Of a stretch of 64,000 nucleotides of DNA, positions 12,768 through 24,289 are shown in pieces (within the stretch, counting starts at the first letter, position 1; every line of letters begins with the position of its first letter). The notes beneath the pieces were generated by a model, which worked only from the letters and a program-made list of their open reading frames with translations, did no database searches and was not told the DNA's origin. The stretch lies in assembly GCA_002633005.1 (NCBI GenBank), contig NMRA01000162.1:427632-491631 (forward strand). Reading direction: 5' to 3'. The position numbers and the translations under genes were made by a program. This DNA is from Phoronis australis. Its lineage: Eukaryota > Animalia > Phoronida.

Positions 12768-15439
12768 CAGGCCTGTAGGAGGGCAAAAATTAGTGAGGGG
12801 GGGGGGGGNNNNNNNNNNNNNNNNNNNNNNNNNNNNNNNNNNNNNNGGGGGGGGGGGGCGGCAAACCATTTCGACTTCGCCAAACAACCCCCTCCCCCAT
12901 CGCCATAACCATCCCCCCTCGCCCCCGTTGCCACCATATTTGTACCGAATCTCCCACGTCTGCCCTAGGTGAAGGCACAGCGGCAGATTTAGGGGTGACC
13001 AAGGGTCCATGACTCCCGTAAAATTCTCCCAGATTCCATTTGGCAGTTCGGGGGCGGAGGCGATTTTCTGACGGGTAAAACCCTGGTTAATACTCTTCCC
13101 TGCCCCCCAACCAATTCAAAATCCTGAATCCGCCCCTGGGACAATGATCCCGCATGGATGAAGCCATCAANGGTAAATCCCTGGTTAATACTCTGCCTTG
13201 CCCCCTCCCAATTCAAAATCCTGAATCCACCCCTGGGACAATGATCCCGCAGGGATGAAGCCATCAAGAGTTGAGTAACCGTGAACCTACACGGAGAGTA
13301 AGAGGAGCTGCCTCAAGTAGCTAAAGCAGAGATCTAACAGTGTGAAAATACGAAATTTCTGATGAACTAAAGTTAGTTGCTGTTCTTTGACTCACTTGAG
13401 ACAGGCAGCTCGTGCCGGCCGTCAGCGCTCGCTCTACGGTCAAGATGCGTTTTATTGTGATCCAGTTTCGGGAAAACTCTATTACTCTGCGGGTGCAAGC
13501 ACAGGGTATTGTTGTTCTTTTATTATGGTCATTCTTTGAAGTTTTTTTGAAAAGTTGAGGTCCCGAAGAAACTGGTATACATGTAGTGCCTTTGGGGCTG
13601 TTTCAAAATGCCTAGTTGAAACACGACCAGTAGTCCATTTTCTGGTGACTAGGGAAAAGGATAGTGTGTCCCAAAATGCCGGCACGCACTTTCTGAACGC
13701 CTGGAGTTCAAATTCAGTTCCTGTGGATCACTAAGACTCTGCGCGTCGGGCCTACTGCAGGGTTACATCTTATTTTTAAGGAGGGTACGTCAGTCATGAC
13801 GTGCACGAGAATCAGGAGAAGCAATCAATTAAGTTTTGAAGAACAAAAATTCATTGCTCAATACTACAGGAAACTAAAAACACCAAGGAAGTGCAAAGAC
13901 AAACTTTCCAAATTCGAGGATTTTTAAAACGTTTTTTCTATCTACGGTTTGTGAATCCGAATGTCATCAATGATTTTTTTAGATATGCAAAAATCGTCTA
14001 CACATGTACTAAGTGTACTTTACTATTTGGGAATCAGAGTGTTTTGGAGTTTTTCCAATTTCAGGCTGATTTAATTACATTCTTTGAAACATCACCAATT
14101 CTTATAAGATTGGCTTCTAATTGTAAAAAATAATCTATGAATCTGTCGATTTTCATAAATACTTAAACAAGTAAATCTGAAACCAATGGATTTATTTATC
14201 AAAATGGAATGTTATAAGCAGTTTCCGCATGCATGCTTGCAGACTTTTGACTGGTAACCGGGGAAATATGGGAGATGGGGCATTCGTATTCTAGTGTATT
14301 TTTCTCATTTCAGATGTACCTATAACGGTTCAGGAGGTAAACTTGAACTACACTGACAAAAACACTGAAATCATTGTTATGATTGCGAGAGTTTTTTGAG
14401 TATCCCGTTCGACATGTACATGGTCATCATAAATAGTTGCTTAGACAGCAGTGTTTTCCACATGTGTGAATTCCTTACAAACAACTCATAGTAACCATCT
14501 TTAAAAGAGATACTATTCTTGTGATAATACGGGAAACAGTAACATTATTTAATAACCAATCATCTGAAATAATCCTTTTGTGTAATTCACAAATAGTGGT
14601 CTTCATGTTCTTCAAAATTCCACCCTTTCGATGTCGGCAATCCTATCGTATTTTTTCATATTTTTGTTTGTTTGGGTCGAATGGCTGTGCTGTGCACGAA
14701 TGTTTTGTGTTTTTTAAAGAATTTGGAATCTCAGCTTCCATCGTGAATACTTAGCAGTGTCGGATTTTCATGCATAGAGAGACAAGGGTAAATTTCCCCC
14801 GAACTGCTCCACCGAGAGAGGGTACCGTCTGAAATGGGACATCTTAAGATGAAAGGCTAAACATCATAAAGGAAGCTAGACAGTGCATTCCATCGTCGTG
14901 TGGTCTCAAAGCTATGCAGGGAATGACCTCCTTCAAAATGAAAGCTGGTTGCACGATTTCACAAAAAACAGGAAAATAGACGTTATCGATTTCAACATTG
15001 GGCCCTCTCTCCGTGAACGGCCTCTTAAGAATTTGTCAATAGCCTCCTTCAAGGGCAGGCCCTTAAATATGAAAATATCTATACTTTCAAATATCAGGAA
15101 ATGCGCAGCAATGGATGTTATCTGTCAGGTGATCAATTTTTCTCAAGTAATATACAGTTTCGAGAGAGAAATAGAGCGAAAGTTGTCTTCGTTATCCCTT
15201 GCCAGAGAAAGGCATCTGGAAAAATATTGTTTTGCATTCGCAAAATTGACTTATTGAATTTAAAAATCCAGTAAATTAGTACGCTCCGAAAAAGCTTCGC
15301 TTTACAAATTTTATCGATTTTTCAAAATATATGTACATGTATGAATGATTTCGTGCACGCTTTCATGTGCGTTTAGACGACGTATGATGCAAAAGCGGAG
15401 ACCCTAACGACAATGTCCTGGCAGGGTCCTACGACCCTG
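12768..15439 (+). mobile_element. ~2.7 kb hAT-like non-autonomous 'R' element without nested insertions
   Basis: Left end caggcctgtagga (variant caggcccgta at 12618). Right end tcctacgaccctg (tcctacggccctg in copy B). GC-rich subterminal regions. Internal HTH-like remnant FEEQKFIAQYYRKLKTP/EVQRQ at ~13835-13905. TSD imperfect (ttactg / ta(a)ctg). Confidence 0.6.
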
Positions 15440-16104
15440 TACTGCCGTGTAGTGCTGACTATTAGTGGAACAATGCCCGGTTCTCGGCACTTCCTAGGAA
15501 AGGGCCCCGACTGCGTAGCCTTGCCAATAGGCCTTTTGCGAGTTTATAACATATCTTCGATGAAGCATATATACGGGAATTCAGGTGACTTTGTGGTTAC
15601 TGTTAACTTTGAGCGCGAGTCAGTTGAGTATGAGGCAGAGGCTAGCGCGAGACTGAGCGAAGCGCGAGATCTTGCGCGTGACCTGTTGCGTGACACTTGC
15701 AAAATAGCATGAGCAAATATCAAGTGAAATTTGTAAGATTTGTGTCCCTTGGACTTTTTGTTCGTCAACAAGCGTGATTTCACGTAACTTCCTCAAAAGG
15801 GCGCCCAGTGAGAGAAACTCGAGAGAACCGCGAGGTTTTCATGGATATGCTCAAGTTATTTGTAGACTAAATTGTGTCCATAGTCAGGGTATGTGTTAAT
15901 TATAACTTCATGTGCACATATGCATGTTTCATTTGATTTTATTTGCTGTATTTTGAAGTGAATATCTTTTTATGGGGATACACTATCGCCCCTGTATGCT
16001 TGCTTCATTCAGGCCTAGAGCGGGTTGAGTTCCAATTTCAGTCCGTTCACAGCTTCGCAAAACATAATATGTCAGCATTCCGGTGCTGCCATTATGGCGT
16101 TTTG

Positions 16105-16718
16105 TCCATGCCCATTTTGCAGAGTCTTAGTTAGTTTTATCTATTTACGTCATAATAAATGACATTATTCGCAATCCTCCTATTGTTTTACTCTTACAGC
16201 TCGTGGCATACCCCGGGCAAAATATGTTACGATAAATTAAATTTAACTTGTCAAATGCGTTTATCGTCATTATTTTGACATTTGTCTCTCTTATTTTGAT
16301 ACCAACCCTTAGAGTTTATTTTGCATTACTCATGTCTATTTATAGTCACAAGGGCCTACATGCAACACCTGATTGGTCGCCCATATTTCCTTTGTTCAGT
16401 TCAACGTGGTCTCTCTCATTCAGCCACCTACTTCGTCGTCTACAAGACCTACGTTCGTTCTCTCCATTTTCCCCCACCCCCCACCCCGGGTGTCGGTTCC
16501 ACTTTCTCTTTTTTCTCATATACATTTCCTGTTAGGTCTTTTCAATTTTTGTGTTCATGTTCTGTACTTTTCCTTTAAGCCATCCATGCCCATCTTGCAG
16601 AGTCTTAGTCAGTTTTATCTATTTACGTCATAATAAATGACATTATTCGCATTCCTCCTCTTGTTTTACTTTGCAACATAGCTCGTGGCGTACCCCAGGC
16701 AAAATAGATTACGATAAA
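16105..16718 (+). repeat. ~132-bp direct repeats flanking ~345 bp of unrelated sequence
   Basis: tccatgccca...gttacgataaa at 16105-16236 recurs at 16583-16718 with few substitutions. Confidence 0.85.
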
Positions 16719-16719
16719 A

Positions 16720-17107
16720 CAAGTTCACATTTTCTTCGTCCATTCACAGTCATTCCACGATCCATCTACCATATCTTAAGTTGTTTTAACGTTTTAAGCG
16801 TAAAATTCTCCATAAGAACTCCAGTAAGTTTTAACGTGTGTAGCAAAGACTCGGGGCAAAACAAGAGCAATATGGCAGGCTTTGCCCCTCTTGCGGTGAC
16901 GTCACATTGACTACCGAGAAACTCGCAAGTAAGCTATTGGTGCAAGCTGTATAGTAAACAAAGAACAGCCGTTGCACCTACGTGGGTAAAATCTAATCAG
17001 ATAAAATCTGACACAAAATGGGGCTATTCAGAAAATGTACAATAACTAGAGGGCGCGCGTGTACTAGTGGTGATAGATTAACAGCCTCGATTTCGCGAGC
17101 CCTTTAA
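16720..17107. mobile_element. Probable end of another TTAA-flanked (Kolobok-like) non-autonomous element; partner end not found
   Basis: ...gatttcgcgagccct|ttaa at ~17089-17107, i.e. TTAA followed by AGGG on the minus strand. Left boundary is arbitrary. Confidence 0.3.
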
Positions 17108-17139
17108 ATACATGGTGAAATGGCTTGCAGCCGTGCCAA

Positions 17140-17855
17140 CTGAATCTGAGATTGCGTGAAGAGGGTGCTTCTATGAGAGGAAGTAAGCAAGACCTTACAC
17201 AAAGGTAAGGTTTGTGATTATTTTAACGATTTTTCCATTATTATTTTACCGATGCCTGTTAACTCAGGTACTCGCCGATGTCGACTTCGCGGCAGTCGCC
17301 AGTCGGGTTAATCTTTCTTTGTTGTGATATGTGATACGATACTTGACGTAGCAATCGGAATATTTTCGTACATCAAAGCATTATTATTGTTTGGAATGAT
17401 TTCTAACAGTTTATCAGTGACAGTTACATCAATCAATGCTATGCTGAATGTTTATGCTGTCAACTCGATACAGGTTAATGAGTTAAGATTACAATCCAAG
17501 CCCAATGGCAAAGGGTACATGACAAACATCCATTGCATTGGACTACATGTATTTGTTTACTCCCTATCATATGGCTTCTGGAAATCCATTACACGTTGAA
17601 AGTTGAAATGGAAATCTATCACGTATGTTTTCACGTAACCTTTGGTTTTTAGGTTTGAGGGCTTGTACCGTGCAGAGGAGATATGCATCGCTTCTGTAGA
17701 GTCCCTGAATGGACAAAAAATTGGTTTTACGCATTTGACTGCAGCTAACCAACAAGATCTTCCCATCCAGTGCAGACCTGTTGTCAAAGCCTACTTTCAT
17801 TATTGGAGACAACGAACAAAGCCTTTGAAAAGGAACAGCTATTTCTAAAGAAAGG
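17140..17855 (+). pseudogene. Two-exon remnant of a SAP-domain protein, probably a transposon accessory ORF
   Basis: Exon LRLREEGASMRGSKQDLTQ(R) ends at ag|gtaagg (~17204). Acceptor ttttag|g at ~17652 continues in the matching phase as RFEGLYRAEE...VKAYFHYWRQRTKPLKRNSYF*. Confidence 0.4.
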
Positions 17856-20827
17856 TATCTAATTCCTTATGTTAATTTACTTATTCAGGTCCTTAGGGGG
17901 AAATTGGCATGGGGGGCTTGGGATTTTAATATTTGGTACAACTGAATGTGTGGAAATAACAGGTAATACATGTTTGGGGGAAAGAGCATGGTGAGGTAAC
18001 TATTAACCTTCATGAAGGCCCTTCAAGTTGATTTCATGAAACTGTTCAAACCCATGAAAATATATTACATTTTCTGAATTCACAGTGACTGAATAGTCTT
18101 AACTCATGCCTTGAAATGTTGCAAGTCGTTGTAAATTCAAATGACTGCCATTTTTGTGAAAATTGCATTTTTGATGGTGCCTTACGATTTGTAATTACTC
18201 TTAAACAACAGAAAGATTATCCATCGTTTTCAAATGACCCAAGTCTTCATATTTTCAATTAAAAGAAAAATTAAAAGTTTAAGAAACGGTTACCTCAACC
18301 TAAGACTTGAAGTATGCTTGACAGACCCATGAACCTGTAATCGGAGTTTAAAATTGCTGAAAGTATCAAAAATAAAAAAGGATTGAAAATGGGTAACAAA
18401 GGTTTGAAGTTGTCTCAAAAACTTTTACATTTTGCAGACAAGTGATGCGTTTAAAGAATTGTTATGGCTAGGAATAAAAAATAAAGAAACAAGTTTTATG
18501 TATTGGCAAAAAAAAAAACGGCAACCGGATTCCGCCGCGCTCCGGGGCTTCCTGTTCCTTGTTGGTGAACTCCATATTTCTTCACGCTCCACGCGATTGC
18601 TGTTTAATTTTACTTGCACCAGCCAGGGAGGTGCCCTGACCCCCTGAATCCGCCTATGACTAATTACAATACCAGAACAACAACAATTTTTTCGAGACAT
18701 TAGTGATGTTGATACTGATGATGAAGAAACTAGTGGTGACGTTTTGTAGTACTGTTCCAGTGGCGGATCAGGGACTAGAAGGGGCGCCCCAACATGTTGC
18801 CTCGGGGAATTGGGCAGAGAGCGGTTGTATGTTAATTCCCCTTCTCCTGGAGTTTTATGGTCATCAAAATATTTACTAATACTCGAACCATGGCAATAGT
18901 TATTGACTATCGAGAGCACTCAATTTGCCTCGCAGTTGGACGGATTGATGGAGTAAAGTGTCATTCGTGTACAGTTTTCCGAAATCAACACATTCTTTCA
19001 TGCCGTCTCTAAGAGGGTCCCTGATGATGAAATCAATCATAATCATAATTCTTTTCTTTTTCAAATCATGTTTCTTAAATATCACTGAACCATCTATCTT
19101 GTGTGGAACTTCTTAAAAAGTCGAGGCTGCTCGAGGACAATTTCCCAATTTGTCCCGGAATTGGGGGACAATTTCGGACTACCAATACAAGAAATAGGGG
19201 GTTGTGAGGGAGGGAGGACAATTTTCATTTGACTTGAAGCACCCTGAAATGGTACTTATATCTAAATCTCACTGGGCTGTGACTATTCGTGCCCAAATTA
19301 TGAAGAGGTGTCCAAGGTATCTTTAAATTTTCCCAAGGGATCGCAATTTCCTCGCGTGATTTGCAGGGCCTGTCCCCCGTGTTGTAATAATATGCAATTT
19401 CTGGACAGGTTTTTAAAAATATTTTTATGTTTGTCTAGCATCATAATTACATGCCACATAAAACAATACAGTGGACATCGTTTCCAAAGAATCACTAATC
19501 AACAGGTACCGTATTTTCTTTAGGATGTAACTTAATAAAGTTTACGAACATTTGGAAATTAAGATTTTTTAAACAAACTTTTGGCTAGTATGATCAACAG
19601 ATTAATGTTTTAATTTTCCAACTGAGTGTTGCCCAAAAACATTGTTATTTTGTCCACATGAAAAGTTACATGATATGTTTGTTTTAACCACTCAGCAAAC
19701 AGGAGACAAGACGATATTCCAAAAACAGATGGAGAAAAGTTTTACTGTGTTCACCACAGAAAGAGCATAAATCAATTGTTTTTATTTTAATATTATGCAA
19801 ATAATTATTGGTTGGCAATATTAAGCGAATTAAGCGGTATTGAAACCAACGCAATTTTGTATCTTTTGTGCAATTGAAGGGGATTATTTACTTTTCTCCA
19901 CCATGTATCAGGGTCACTAACATTTACATTATTTATAACAACGTTTATATCTATCTCAGATGACCACTTGTTTTTATATTTACAAGTTTTCTGAAGTGTT
20001 CTCACTAAGGTGTCATTTATATTTACAACTTGTGATTTATCATACAAAATTTTGTAAATACAACTCGGTAAAAAGATATTGTCTCGTATATTCTTAAAGT
20101 CCTAGAAGCACACCGTTTTTAACCCTTTATAAACGGTTAGGAGACATTATAAGGAACCAAGCAGTACTTATCCCATAATCAACACACAATCCGTAGTCGA
20201 AGAAAGATTAAATAAACGCGTCTTTGACGATTCCGACCCGAAGATCATACCGCCATTCTGAACTAACCGCGATACCGGAAGTACAATTCATTCAGGAACC
20301 CAGACTTAGTATACGCCGTCTGTGCGACTGGAGCAGTGCCTGTTGCCATAATCGACGGCAGACCTCAACTTTAATAAAACGAAAATACGGACACTTTGTA
20401 CTGAAAATGTTGACAAAATATGGCAAAATAAATTTTGATAGAAACGATTTCGCCGTGCTCTGAACTGCAGCCGATGACCCGGTGCCGACCGATCGAGACC
20501 ACGATCGCACTGACAAAAGACGAAGGCATGCCGTCCCCGGCTGTTTTATCGGAATATATGGTTCAAATCATGAATGCCGTATACATACAAAGATAGGTTC
20601 CGACAGTAGTATAAAATTACAGTTTGCGCCAACGATTGAATAACAACCGGGGCCAACTATGGGCGCATGAGACTAGGCTAAGCGTGTTTTACTGGGTTTA
20701 ATTAACTCTGGTAAACAAACAATATAAACAGAACAACGAACATGCAACATCAAATTATTGAATAAAATTGTTATACAGTTAGAATATCCTGGGAGTTAAA
20801 CTTGAGAAAATATGGAAAATAACTTTA

Positions 20828-23250
20828 GATAGGCTTTGGAAGCTGTTTAAGGTTCTCTGGAGTAAAGGCCTTGTTCCAGCCCAGTGGGGGCGATCTGAAG
20901 GAGTCTACGTCATGAAAGAAGAAAACTCGAAGAAGATTGGCCAGTTTCGACCCATTTCACTGCTCATCGTTGAGGGAAAAATCTACTTAGCCTTTATATC
21001 TGGCAGAATGACTGACTTCATGATCAAGAATAAGTTCATCGACACGTCATCCCAGAAAGGCGGGGTGCCAGGCTTTTCTGGATGCCTGGAACATAATTCC
21101 ATAATTATTGAACTCATACAACGAACAAAGAAGGCCCAGAAGAACTTGTCTATGGTGTCTCTCGACATGGCAAATGCGTATGGTTCTGTACCACATGTAT
21201 TAGTTTATCGTGGCATGGATATCTACCGAATTTGCAATAAAGTCAAGAGTATAGTGAAGTCTTACTACAGCTCCTGTGTGATGCGTTTCACAGTCGGCAA
21301 CTTCACTACCAAGTGGCAACACCTAGAGAAAGGAATTATGACGCGTTGCACAGTTTCAGTCATCCTTTTTATTATGGCAATGAACGTCTTGTTGAAGAGA
21401 GCCCAGTCTGAGCGGAGAGGTCCTAAGTTAGATGAAGTCAGACAGCCATCTTGCAGAGCTTTTGTTGATGACATTACGATAGTGACAGAGTCACCAGTGG
21501 GAGCCAGGTCAATTCTCCGTCGCCTAGAAGAGCTCATTAAATGGGCACGTCTGTAATTAAAGGCAGAGACGTTCAGATCATTAATCATCAGGAAAGGAGT
21601 GTTGTTCAAGAGACAGTCGTTTTCTGTAGCAGGTTGCAGAATTCCAACAATCAGTGAGCAGCCAGTCAAGTGCTTGGGCAAGTACTATGACAGCAGCCTA
21701 CGAAACACATCCCGAGTTAAAGACGTGAAAGCCAAGCTCAAGGCATGGCTTGAGAAGATCGACAAAGATGGCATACCCGGAAGGTTCAAGCTTTGGTGCT
21801 ATCAGTTCATCTTGCTCCCGAAGCTTATGCGGCCACTGCTAATCTAAGACGTCACGTCATCCTCAGCTGAAGAAATAGAAAGGGTAGCAAGCCGATTCAT
21901 TCGAAGGTGGCTTGGACTACCTGCGTCATTCAGCAACGTCGGACTATATTGCAAGTCGTCAAACCTTGTCCTACCAGTCTCATCTGTGGTAGAAGAATAC
22001 AAAGTTATCAGTGTCCGAGCCAACATCACTCTGCGGAATACATCTGACCAGGCCATCAGGGGATGCAGTATCCTATCACGCACTGGAAGGAAGTGGTCCA
22101 CCACCTTGGCGATCAGTGAAGCAGAGAGTCGGCTGAGGCACAGGCAGTTAGTAGGAACAGCTTGCCAGGGTAGGCACGGGCTGGGCTACAAGACCGGTAA
22201 GCCAGCAAGAGAAAGATCTAAAGACCCGGGCAGAGACAGAATAATCAGGGAGGTTAGATCATCAGAGATTGAAGAAAGGTACGCCCGAGCAGTCCAAATG
22301 GGGCAACAGGGAGCATGGACCAAGTTGGACAAAGTCTTACAAAAGGAAGTCAAGTGGGCTGATTTGTGGAGGATGTTTCCTCTGAAAGCCGAATTCCTCA
22401 TTAGATCTGTTTACGACGTACTGCCTACTCCCAACAATCTTGCTACTTGGGGCCTTGCTGACAGCCCGAGCTGTATTCAGTGTGGACGCAGATGTACGTT
22501 AGAGCACATCCTGTCCTCTTGCAGTGCGTCCTTGGCATCAGGAAGGTACACTCACCGACACAATCAGGTACGGAAAGTTTTTGCAAGGGCGTTGGTCGAC
22601 GAGGTCAAGAGCAAACCGAAGCCGAGAAGCCACCGCGTCGAATTCATAAATTTCATAAGAAGTGGTGATGAGGCGAGAAAAAGGAAGACCCCTGCGCAAA
22701 AAGGTATCCTGCACACAGCCAACGACTGGAGTGTGTGGGCAGACCTTGCCGGTCACCAGTCATTCTTCCCTCAACACATTGCCAAGACGACCCAGCGCCC
22801 TGACTTGGTTATTTACTCGAACAGTTCCCACCAGGTCATCTTGATTGAGCTCACAATCTCGTGGGAGAGTAGGGTGGAAGAGGCACATGAGCGAAAGAAC
22901 TTAAAGTATACAGACCTTAGGAATGACTGTCATGTTAACGGCTGGAGATGTTGGAGTTTTCCTGTGGAGGTCGGCTGCCGGGATTTTCCGGCCAGTTCGG
23001 TCATTACCATGGCGAGGTGCCTTGGCGTCTCCGTGTCGGGAAAGAAGGCTCTGCTACGCGACAGGCATCTTGTTGGATTTGGATGAGATACCAACAGCAA
23101 CACCACCAACAACCGTCAGACAGAGCCTGATCAACTCTGGTGTCCCGCCTACTAGAGATGGTCTTGGTTTAGGGACTAAACCATTAAGGACAGTAGGAGA
23201 CCAACTGAAGGTGGCGGTTGAGCACAGCTCCATCAAATGTTTAAAGTAAG
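20828..23250 (+). mobile_element. 5'-truncated HERO-like (R2-group) non-LTR retrotransposon: RT + CCHC knuckle + restriction-like endonuclease
   Basis: One reading frame from RLWKLFKVLWSKG (20831) through QFRPISLL, QKGGVPGFSGCLEH, SLDMANAYGSVPH, AFVDDIT, VKCLGK, CIQCGRRCTLEHILSSC, RYTHRHNQV and RPDLVI...LIELTISWE...ERKNLKY. Broken only by TAA at 21554-21556 and 21845-21847 and a late frameshift near 23052 (ASCWIWMR, stop 23130). Confidence 0.92.
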
Positions 23251-24289
23251 TTCTAGACGCGACTTAATTTGTTACGGCCGGGTGGCAGACGAATATCATT
23301 TGGTGGCGAAATAACTTCAGGTATAAAACTTGCCATGGTGCCAAAGTAGTATAATATAAATATTAATAAGTTTAAAGTAAAAGGAATAATGCCCAATTAG
23401 CCAGAAACATTCGTAAACGCTGCTAGCCAGCGGAGCCGGACCACCTGGCCTGCCGTGCGCCGGCGGACATCTTTGCTCCGCAGGGCAAGATGAAAACGTA
23501 CATTAGCTATCCGGCCCCGAATGAGTGAAATTCCTGAGCTAATAACGCTGCAATATATTCCCATCGCCGACACTCGGCTCATTGAGTAAAATTCATTACA
23601 CTCTCCCCGCTCCGGTTTGCGTCGCGGAAGTTTTATATTTGGAAAACAAAGGTACATGTATATGTGGCAAGTTTGTTTTTGTGAGGTTTGAAAATGTATT
23701 TTCCCTGATGATTGAAAATCAAGTGATTATCAATTCCCGGCGAAGAGTCACGGCGATTGTAGGCCGGGGAATTACTTCACCGGTTACCGTGTCTTGGCAG
23801 AAAAAATCATGCACAGATGTGGAGCTCACGGTTTTGAGATACAACTTGTTTTTGTTTGTCGAAACATCGCCGTATGTAGGTGTTTTTTTTCTATTTTACA
23901 TTTTTAAACTACCAGTAAAGCTGGTGCCGATTTGCTGCCAAATTACGCACTGCGCTCACACGTCCGGGTAGTCATCGCGACACGGCAATTGCTTACTTCA
24001 GGCTGGTACTTTGCATCAATTTCAAGGTATGGCGATGAAGATAACACATTTGTCGATGAAGAAACTTTTTTCCTCTAATTTATTACCTAAACGGTTACTG
24101 TTGCTAATTTGACGTACCCTCGCGATGAGTCAGGGCTGACCTCAGTAGCCGAGCATTGGCTGCGCCGGAGACTATGCCACGGTACTTCAAACTTATGATT
24201 ATGCATTTGATACCATTCGTCATATGCAAATAACAGGAAAAAAATAATAATCAAATTCATATATTTTTTCAACTCAAAAGGTTTACTTC

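Larger units (their letters stand above)
1..16108 (+). repeat. Large duplicated block, copy A (partner 44921-64000); runs off the window start
   Basis: Position 1 (tttgatttttcagttgaattgtagccacacgaggagtcc) matches 44921 (tttgatttcccagttgaactgtagccacacgaggagtcc). Colinear up to ...gttttgtcca at 16108 / 64000. ORF-track peptides recur in the same order (1137/46078, 3077/48027, 8228/52780, 11982/58344). Confidence 0.95.

Noticed and set aside
10500-15439. Apparent 5-kb palindrome
   Set aside because: Two independently diverged R copies in opposite orientation. The arms are too dissimilar and no shared TSD is visible.
18425-18919. 164-aa minus-strand ORF
   Set aside because: Runs through small GC-rich MITE fragments (gaatccgcctatg, cagtggcggatc) and has no recognisable domain.
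19507-20390. Possible MITE with ccgtattttc / gaaaatacgg ends
   Set aside because: Only a 10-bp match, and no TA duplication on the right.
21265-21681. Minus-strand ORFs over the retrotransposon
   Set aside because: Antisense to the RT frame, with no motifs.
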